A stretch of DNA of 5,171 bases from a virus (taxonomy: Duplodnaviria > Heunggongvirae > Uroviricota > Caudoviricetes), in the IMG/VR virus record IMGVR_UViG_2690316278_000004; one strand, written 5' to 3'. Below the pieces are notes generated by a model, which had not been told where the DNA came from, made no database searches, and worked only from the letters and a program-made list of their open reading frames with translations. Below, piece by piece: positions 1-5,171 of this stretch. The position numbers and the translations under genes are program-made. Numbering within the stretch: position 1 is the stretch's first letter; every line of letters begins with the position of its first letter.

Positions 1-11
1 TCAACTGATCC

Positions 12-1170
12 TTAACTGATCGGCATTACACCACCGGGACGCGGATTCATATCTTCCAGGTCGCGGCAGTCATTGGAAGAGTAAATTCCCCAGTTGATCC
101 CGGTGGCGTAGGCTTCAAAACGGGACTTCATATCCCCGCGCAGTAACGCCCCGGCGTTAAATTTGGCGTAATAAACGCCCTGCTTACTTTTTCGTACCAG
201 TCCGGTGTTGATCCGCTGTTCGATGCGGGTCAGATACGGCACCAGTGAATAGTTGATAAATCCCAGCCCCAGCTCTTCGATATTGTTGAAGGTGGCGCGA
301 TCGGTGTTCTGCACCATGTGCAACGGCACCCGGAACAGACGACAGATTTCTTCCAGCTGAAACTTGCGGGTTTCCAGGAACTGACTGTCCTCGGCGTTCA
401 GCGCCATCGACTTCCAGTCCAGCCCCATTTCCAGAATCATCGGGCGGTGAGCATTGCCAAGCCCCGTGTGACACTCCTCAAAATCTTTCTTCAGACGCTC
501 GTAAGCATCCGGCGTGAGCTTTTGTTCCGTACGCAACACACCGGATGTCACCGCACCATTACTAAACAACCTGGCACCGTGCTCCTCGGTTGCCGCTGCC
601 AGTGAAATGGCCTCACGCGCATACGCAATGGGATTCAGCCCGACAAGTCCATCCAGCGTCAGGGTGCGCACATGCCAGATTTCATTCTGGGTCAACACAT
701 CCACGGAACCATCCGGAAACGTCACCTGATAAACCGGCTGCCACTGGCTGTTCAGCTTCGGTTCCACACAGCCCGGATCTATCGGAAGAAGCTCCACCAC
801 TTCTCCCAGTGCCTTTACCTTGTAGGCGTAAAAATTCCCCCGTAGACACAGGCAGACAATAACCAGCTCCCAGAATTCCTGCGGTGTCATGTAGCCATTA
901 GGTTTTGCCGAAACCAACTTATGCAGTCGTTCATCCACCGCCCGTGTTTTCAGGGTACCGCTGATTTTGTAGAGACTGCAGGGCAGCATACCAACAGACT
1001 CTGCCAGCACCCTGACGCAAGAATAGACCGCCGTCAGGCGCATGGCCCGCTGGCTACTGATCCGCTTTCCGGTATAGGTGTCGTATGACAGCCCGATAGC
1101 ATCAGCAGTTCTGCTGGCGTGGTCACCGGCACATCGCTTTTTCGTTGAAATAATCCCGAAAAGAACACTA
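12..1170 (-). CDS. Phage portal protein, HK97 family; 5' end (start codon) lies in or beyond the N gap, stop TAA at 12-14
   Basis: 385 aa of uninterrupted minus-strand ORF after the gap (SVLFGIISTKKR...NPRPGGVMPIS). Overall similarity by recall to HK97-type portals, length about right (~400 aa), and position immediately downstream of the large terminase. The track's 450-aa ORF (12..1364) reads through the N run and is an artefact upstream of 1170. Confidence 0.85.
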
Positions 1171-1277
1171 NNNNNNNNNNNNNNNNNNNNNNNNNNNNNN
1201 NNNNNNNNNNNNNNNNNNNNNNNNNNNNNNNNNNNNNNNNNNNNNNNNNNNNNNNNNNNNNNNNNNNNNNNNNNNNN
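1171..1277. other. Run of 107 N (assembly gap or masked sequence)
   Basis: Directly visible. Length is not a multiple of 3, so any reading frame carried across it is unreliable. Confidence 0.99.
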
Positions 1278-1455
1278 TACCTCCGCCGACAGACTGCCGT
1301 GTACGGTCGAGATATCGCGCCACCAGCCACGACCAGAACAGGCACAGCGCCCCGGCAACAACAAAACCCGCCGGGGGATAAATCAGCCAGGCACCATACG
1401 CCAGCAAAAGCGCACCCAGCACGCCCACCAGAGGCGCGAGAATCAGCATGATCAT
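1278..1455 (-). CDS. Small hypothetical membrane protein with two predicted TM helices; 3' end runs into the N gap, so true length is unknown (59 aa visible)
   Basis: ATG at 1455-1453 preceded by TGAGGT about 6 nt upstream and only 11 nt after the large terminase stop. Visible translation [59 protein letters not shown] is two hydrophobic stretches followed by a basic tail. CTG/GCG-rich codon usage matches the neighbouring genes. No family recognised. Confidence 0.5.
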
Positions 1456-1466
1456 AATTACCTCAG

Positions 1467-3200
1467 TTAAAGCGAGCGGATCCCGTAGGACTCAATGTGG
1501 TCAGACAGCGTGTCTTCTTTCTCGTACAGCATGGCTCTGCCAACCGCCATAATCAGCGCAACTGCACCATCGATTTTGTTTTCCGCCTGCTCTTTGACGG
1601 GTTTCACCACATCATCGTTACCCGGCATGTTTTTGCCGACCACGTTGCCGATACACCAGGTCATGATGGGATTGCCGTCATGATGAAAACGTCCCGATTC
1701 AATCGCTGCTTCCAGCTCTTTCATCGGATCGGACATATTGGTGAAGTTCTGGACGATAGTGACGGGATTCAGGTCTTCATCAGCAAGGTCATGTGACAAC
1801 CCGGTCGCCCCGAAGGGGTCGATGGGTGACTCACTGACCGGGCTGATTTTGTTCGCCGCTTTGGCCTCCTCGAGGATGTAGCGATAATCCACCTCCGCAC
1901 CATCGGTAACGGTCAGAACGCCCATTTCCACCCATTTCTGAAAGCGTTCGGCTGTCCGTCGATCTTCATTTTTCTCGACGCTGTACACCGTGTCATACGG
2001 TACCCAGAAACGCGGGGCCACACTGTAGTAATGCGTTTTACCGTCAATCTCGCGGGTATAAAGTCGCGCCATGCTGTTCATATCCAGCTTACGCGCCAGG
2101 TCAAAGGCCAGAATGCACGGCTGCCCCTCGAACTGCTCAAGGGTCAGTGATTTATCCTCGCAGCTCTGCCAGCTCACCAAGTTGAAATACGCCGAACGCG
2201 CCGACACCCAGATATTGAGGTGTTTTGTTTTAAAGACGTTTGCCAGACGGGCGTTATTTTTCGCACGCTGCTGCTGACTTAACAAAAATTCGCGATAAAC
2301 CGACACGCCAATATTTGGATTGGCTTTTTCCAGCACCTGCGGGCCGGTCCAGTCGTCACCTTCATCAACGGTATAGATGATCCCGAACAGTTCATCGTTA
2401 GGCACCGAGCCGTTGAGCATCTCGATGACTTCCCGCCGCTTGTCGTAGCACGGCCCCTCAATGTTGTACCCGGCGGTGGTGATGGCCCACATCAGTGGCT
2501 GACGTCGCGCCCCCATCCCGGTAAGCATTGTGGTATAAAGCGCATCGGTGGCATGCTCGTGATATTCATCAACCACGGCACAGTGGGGTGATGAACCATC
2601 ACCTGGGTTGCCGATCAGCGGTTCAAACCGCGCGCCATCCTCCGGACGGTTCATGTTTGAGGCGTTAACCTCAATCCCGAACGCTTCCGTCAGCATGGGT
2701 GTGCGTTTACACATCAGTCGCGCCGGGCGAAAGACTTCCCACGCCTGTTTCTCTGTCGTGGCACCGGAATACACTTCCGCGCCAAACTCGTTATCACAGG
2801 CAAAACAATACAGGGCAACACCGGCAGAGATTGCTGATTTGCCGTTCTTACGGGGGATTTCGGTGTACACCTCCCGGAAGCGGCGCAACCGGGTGCCTTT
2901 ATTGACCCAGCCAAACGCACAGCAGATCACAAATAGCTGCCACGGCTCCAGCGTGATGGGCATCCGTTTGAATGCCCACTCCCCCTTGGTGTGCGGCAAC
3001 AGCTGAATAAATTTCGCGGCCCGTTCAGCCAGGTCCTTGTCGAAGCGGTAACGAAACGACTTACTTTTTTCCGCCATCAGGTCATCAAGATGGCGCTGGC
3101 AGGCCTGAATCACAAACTGGCAGGCAACAATCTTTCCGCGCACGACATCCCGGGCATACTGATTTGCAGCATTTACGTTGGGGTAAGATTTCCGGCTCAT
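1467..3200 (-). CDS. Phage terminase large subunit (ATPase plus nuclease)
   Basis: 577-aa ORF. Walker A-like IPRKNGKS at aa 115-122 (nt 2835-2858), Walker B-like AVVDEYHE, and C-terminal acidic nuclease-like motifs ([18 protein letters not shown]). Start ATG at 3200-3198 overlaps the upstream gene's stop as ATGA. Overall similarity by recall to HK97-type large terminases. Confidence 0.93.
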   Translation of the reverse strand: MSRKSYPNVNAANQYARDVVRGKIVACQFVIQACQRHLDDLMAEKSKSFRYRFDKDLAERAAKFIQLLPHTKGEWAFKRMPITLEPWQLFVICCAFGWVNKGTRLRRFREVYTEIPRKNGKSAISAGVALYCFACDNEFGAEVYSGATTEKQAWEVFRPARLMCKRTPMLTEAFGIEVNASNMNRPEDGARFEPLIGNPGDGSSPHCAVVDEYHEHATDALYTTMLTGMGARRQPLMWAITTAGYNIEGPCYDKRREVIEMLNGSVPNDELFGIIYTVDEGDDWTGPQVLEKANPNIGVSVYREFLLSQQQRAKNNARLANVFKTKHLNIWVSARSAYFNLVSWQSCEDKSLTLEQFEGQPCILAFDLARKLDMNSMARLYTREIDGKTHYYSVAPRFWVPYDTVYSVEKNEDRRTAERFQKWVEMGVLTVTDGAEVDYRYILEEAKAANKISPVSESPIDPFGATGLSHDLADEDLNPVTIVQNFTNMSDPMKELEAAIESGRFHHDGNPIMTWCIGNVVGKNMPGNDDVVKPVKEQAENKIDGAVALIMAVGRAMLYEKEDTLSDHIESYGIRSL

Positions 3201-3691
3201 GATTCGATAATTTTCAGAAACGGGTTAGTGGCTTTCTTCTGCCCCGCCAGGCCAATCAGACGCTGGCGGCTGCTGGGGTCGAGTCCGAGCATTGCCCCCG
3301 TGCTGCTCATCTCGGACTCCTGTTCTTTTTTGGCGGTCAGCTCCGGATTTTTGACCCTGCCGCCCATTGCACCGGTGATGGTGTTGCCCTGTATGGCAAT
3401 ATTTTTCACGGCACGTCGCCAGAACTCATAGGCCACGCACCACCGCTCAAGTACCGCCAGGTCAGTCACGCACAGCAGGCCCTGACCGCAGAGTTCTTTG
3501 GTTGTCAGTTGCCACATGATCGTGGCGAGAGGGAGATCTTCTTCAGCGAACCACTCTGGTGGCTCAACACCTTTGATGGGCGTAAAAACAGGTTCATCTT
3601 TGTTCAGGGCTCGCTTGCCGGGGTTTCCGGCCAGCGCCTTGCGCGCCGTTGGCTTGGGGCGACGCCCGGAACGCCCCGCCGTTCCAGCCAT
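3197..3691 (-). CDS. Phage terminase small subunit, P27 family
   Basis: N-terminus [34 protein letters not shown] is characteristic of P27-family small terminases as I recall them. ATG at 3691-3689 is preceded by AGGAG with 8-nt spacing. The track's longer start at 3700 is a GTG with no better RBS. Stop TGA at 3199-3197 overlaps the large terminase start. Confidence 0.85.
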   Translation of the reverse strand: MAGTAGRSGRRPKPTARKALAGNPGKRALNKDEPVFTPIKGVEPPEWFAEEDLPLATIMWQLTTKELCGQGLLCVTDLAVLERWCVAYEFWRRAVKNIAIQGNTITGAMGGRVKNPELTAKKEQESEMSSTGAMLGLDPSSRQRLIGLAGQKKATNPFLKIIES

Positions 3692-3700
3692 ATGCGGCAC

Positions 3701-3812
3701 TCCTGGTTAAATTTCATTTTTCGCGGGTATAAAAAAACGATGGGGCGGGCAGTCCGGAAGACGTCAGGTCACAGGGATTTGCCCCGCCCCTCCCTACAAG
3801 TGAGAATAATTA
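3701..3812. other. Non-coding spacer between HNH endonuclease and small terminase; candidate cos / packaging-initiation region
   Basis: The only sizeable non-coding stretch in the window, lying exactly between the HNH gene and the small terminase gene, which is where cos lies in HK97-type phages. Contains the GC-rich inverted repeat and A7 tract listed separately. No cos sequence was recognised by identity. Confidence 0.35.
3742..3790. repeat. GC-rich imperfect inverted repeat, GGGGCGGGC (3742-3750) and GCCCCGCCCC (3781-3790), with a 30-bp spacer that carries palindromic TCCGGA and GACGTC hexamers; A7 tract at 3731-3737 alongside
   Basis: Read directly from the sequence. The reverse complement of 3742-3750 is GCCCGCCCC, matching 3781-3790 apart from one extra C. 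Confidence 0.6.
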
Positions 3813-4163
3813 TCACCGGATTCGTTCGCGCGCTGTTTTCGCTTTATGGCAGGGCCAGCACAGACTCTGCAGGTTGCTGTCTGCGTCTGTTCCGCCATGC
3901 GCTTTCGGGATGATGTGGTCGACGGTTTTCGCCTCGCTCACCACACCGACACGCAGACACAACTGACACAGACCTTTATCGCGCTTCAGAATACGGGCAC
4001 GAATCACCGTCCATTTTGAGCCATAGCCACGCTGGTGGCGGCTCAGTCCGCGCTGGTGCTGCACCCAGCCTTCACCGCGATGTTTATCGCAGTAACCCGA
4101 ACTGTCTGTGGTTGTACCTGCACATCCACGCTTACGGCAGGCACGTGGGATTAGTGATGGCAT
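3813..4163 (-). CDS. HNH endonuclease, phage packaging-associated type
   Basis: 116-aa ORF with an HNH core (DHIIPKAHGGTDADSNLQSLCWPCHKAKT) and Cys pairs (CRKRGC, CQLC, CWPCH) consistent with a zinc-binding HNH fold. ATG at 4163-4161 with GAGGT about 6 nt upstream. Sits immediately upstream of the terminase genes. Confidence 0.9.
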   Translation of the reverse strand: MPSLIPRACRKRGCAGTTTDSSGYCDKHRGEGWVQHQRGLSRHQRGYGSKWTVIRARILKRDKGLCQLCLRVGVVSEAKTVDHIIPKAHGGTDADSNLQSLCWPCHKAKTARERIR

Positions 4164-4205
4164 AAATACCTCATACCCTGCGAAATGTTTACCACGATAA
4201 AAAGG

Positions 4206-4655
4206 CTACTTAATGCACTGAGTGCGGATATACTCCTGTGCCCCTTCCAGTTGCATCTGCATCGTCATCAGCCGCTCTCTGAGGGTGAAATAATCCCGTT
4301 CAGCGGTGTCTGCCAGTCGGGGGCTGGTTGCATTATCCACGCCGGAGGCGGTGGTGGCTTCACGCACTGACTGACAGACTGCTTTGATGTGCAACCGACG
4401 ACGACCAGCGGCAACATCAGCGCGCAGAGTTTCATTTTCAGCTTTCGCATCAGCTAACTCCTTCGTGTATTTAGCATCGAGTGCATNCTGCTGCATGTCA
4501 GTAATGGTTGCGTTCGCCAGCTTCAGTTCTCTTGCGTTTTTGTCGCGCTGCTCTTTGTAGGTAATGGCGTTATCACGGTAATGATTAACAGCCCATGACA
4601 GGCGGACGATGATGCAGATAACCAGAGCGGAGATAATCGCGGTGACTCTGCTCAT
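4206..4655 (-). CDS. Rz: Rz i-spanin (inner-membrane spanin), lambda type
   Basis: Translation from [17 protein letters not shown]... to ...RTQCIK is near-identical by recall to phage lambda Rz, with an N-terminal TM helix and coiled-coil-like periplasmic part; about 4 aa shorter than lambda Rz. True start is probably the ATG at 4655-4653 (the track's extra MGAA comes from an upstream GTG). One ambiguous base (n at 4487) gives one X residue. Confidence 0.9.
   Translation of the reverse strand: MSRVTAIISALVICIIVRLSWAVNHYRDNAITYKEQRDKNARELKLANATITDMQQXALDAKYTKELADAKAENETLRADVAAGRRRLHIKAVCQSVREATTASGVDNATSPRLADTAERDYFTLRERLMTMQMQLEGAQEYIRTQCIK
4268..4450 (-). CDS. Rz1: Rz1 o-spanin (outer-membrane lipoprotein), embedded in the +1 frame of Rz
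   Basis: 60-aa [27 protein letters not shown]...PPPPP... with a lipobox-like LVVVGC and a proline-rich mature part. Near-identical by recall to lambda Rz1. Lies wholly inside Rz in a different frame. Confidence 0.85.
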   Translation of the reverse strand: MRKLKMKLCALMLPLVVVGCTSKQSVSQCVKPPPPPAWIMQPAPDWQTPLNGIISPSESG

Positions 4656-5149
4656 TGCTGCCCCCACAAACAGACTTCACGCTCAATCTCACGACGGGTC
4701 ATCAGCCCTTTCCATTGCTTACCGCCAGCATATGTCCAGCGACGTAGCTGGTCACATGCGCCTTTGATATCGCCCTGGTTTATTTTGCGAAGAAGCGTCG
4801 ATGTTCTGAAATTGCCAGCGCCCACGTTGTAAACGAACGAGTAAAGAGCGCCGCGCGTTGTTTCCGGTATATCGACTTTGATGTACGGGTTAATTTGTCT
4901 GGCGACAGTGGCAAGGTCTTTATTCAGGAGAGCTTTGCATTCTGCTTCGGTATACGTTTTACCAGGCATGATGTCTTTTCCGGTGTGTCCGTGACATACA
5001 GTCCATACACCAATGATATCTTTGTATGGTATGTAGCTGACACCTTCCAGACCATCGTTACCACCTGGGCCAGTGATTAACACAGATGCTATAGCAACAG
5101 CCCCGCCACCAATAGCAACTGCAACAGCCTTGCGTAATGATGGCGACAT
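4652..5149 (-). CDS. R: SAR endolysin (T4-lysozyme-like muramidase, phage 21 R type)
   Basis: 165-aa ORF. N-terminal Gly/Ala-rich weakly hydrophobic segment [20 protein letters not shown] (aa 8-27, nt about 5066-5128) typical of a signal-anchor-release domain. Putative catalytic E35, D44 and T50 in [18 protein letters not shown]. Near-identical by recall to the phage 21 endolysin. GAGAGGTG RBS 6-7 nt upstream of the ATG at 5149-5147. Confidence 0.9.
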   Translation of the reverse strand: MSPSLRKAVAVAIGGGAVAIASVLITGPGGNDGLEGVSYIPYKDIIGVWTVCHGHTGKDIMPGKTYTEAECKALLNKDLATVARQINPYIKVDIPETTRGALYSFVYNVGAGNFRTSTLLRKINQGDIKGACDQLRRWTYAGGKQWKGLMTRREIEREVCLWGQQ

Positions 5150-5171
5150 TATTCACCTCTCGCAGCCTTAC
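5149..5171 (-). CDS. S: 3' end of a holin gene (pinholin-like, phage 21 S type); only the last 6 codons plus stop are in the window
   Basis: Minus-strand reading AAG GCT GCG AGA GGT GAA TAA gives KAARGE-stop, matching my recollection of the phage 21 pinholin C-terminus (...RKAARGE). The stop overlaps the endolysin start as TAATG. The short visible length limits confidence. Confidence 0.5.

Noticed and set aside
184-474. Minus-strand 96-aa ORF in an alternative frame of the portal gene
   Set aside because: Fully nested out of frame in a well-supported gene, with low-complexity Gly/Ala/Arg composition.
318-862. Plus-strand ORFs 318-605, 514-729 and 590-862
   Set aside because: Antisense to the portal gene, Arg/Pro/His/Ser-rich with no recognisable domains. 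Shadow ORFs of this kind are common in GC-rich coding DNA.
12-1364. 450-aa minus-strand ORF reading through the N run as one protein
   Set aside because: The frame across 107 Ns is arbitrary. The N-terminal 29 aa ([15 protein letters not shown]...) are the wrong-frame shadow of the small membrane ORF region, and only the post-gap 385 aa look like portal.
1168-1455. 95-aa version of the small ORF, including 36 X residues
   Set aside because: Only the 59 residues encoded by 1278-1455 are real sequence. The length and stop are unknown until the gap is closed.
1078-1470. Plus-strand 130-aa ORF spanning the gap
   Set aside because: Crosses the N run, is antisense to the small ORF and portal, has low-complexity basic composition and no RBS support.
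1495-3431. Plus-strand ORFs antisense to the terminase genes (1495-1683, 1497-1796, 2071-2277, 2608-3006, 2699-2905, 2991-3431) and the minus alternate-frame ORFs 2279-2461 and 2714-2920
   Set aside because: All overlap the large or small terminase, which have clear motif support, and none shows RBS, motif or compositional support of its own.
3692-3700. Small terminase start at 3700 (MPHM...)
   Set aside because: That codon is GTG with no RBS. The ATG at 3691 has AGGAG at 8-nt spacing, and P27-family proteins begin MAGT... as I recall.
3731-3790. Canonical Rho-independent terminator ending the HNH gene
   Set aside because: The stem arms are separated by about 30 nt, too long a loop for a typical intrinsic terminator, and the terminase genes downstream must be transcribed. 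Kept only as a low-confidence structural observation.
3498-3913. Plus-strand ORFs 3498-3710 and 3509-3913 crossing the HNH / small terminase spacer
   Set aside because: Antisense to the small terminase 5' end and HNH 3' end, Arg/Gly/Ser-rich, and would require a gene opposing an otherwise unidirectional late operon. Considered as a possible small regulator but nothing supports it.
4185-4370. Plus-strand 61-aa ORF and other plus-strand ORFs in the lysis region (4895-5080)
   Set aside because: Antisense to Rz/Rz1 and the endolysin, with no support.
4656-4667. Rz start at 4667 (MGAAMSRV...)
   Set aside because: That codon is GTG inside the endolysin coding region. The ATG at 4655 gives the lambda-like N-terminus MSRVTAI and the typical ATGA overlap with the endolysin stop.
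1-5171. CRISPR arrays, tRNA or rRNA genes, IS elements, integrase or attachment sites, toxin-antitoxin or anti-phage defence cassettes
   Set aside because: No direct-repeat/spacer periodicity, no tRNA-like cloverleaf candidates noticed, no transposase or integrase-like ORFs. The window is filled by lysis and packaging genes.

Overview
The window reads as one contiguous slice of a lambdoid / HK97-like (pro)phage late region in an enterobacterial-looking background (E. coli-like codon usage, roughly 50-55% GC by eye). Every gene I can support lies on the minus strand and is read from high to low coordinates: 3' tip of a pinholin-like holin gene (5149-5171), phage-21-type SAR endolysin (4652-5149), lambda-type Rz with embedded Rz1 (4206-4655 and 4268-4450), HNH endonuclease (3813-4163), a 112-bp non-coding spacer with a GC-rich inverted repeat and A7 tract that is the best candidate for the cos/packaging site (3701-3812), P27-family small terminase (3197-3691), large terminase (1467-3200), a small two-transmembrane ORF (1278-1455) that runs into a 107-N gap (1171-1277), and an HK97-family portal whose 5' end is lost in that gap (12-1170). 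Gene junctions are tightly packed (ATGA and TAATG overlaps), consistent with a single late operon. I do not see a demonstrably new system; this is a recognisable lysis plus DNA-packaging module. The least explained elements are the small membrane ORF between large terminase and portal, and the exact nature of the HNH-to-terminase intergenic repeat. All homology statements are from memory of protein families and motifs visible in the translations, not from database searches. Plus-strand ORFs in the track look like antisense shadows of the minus-strand genes.
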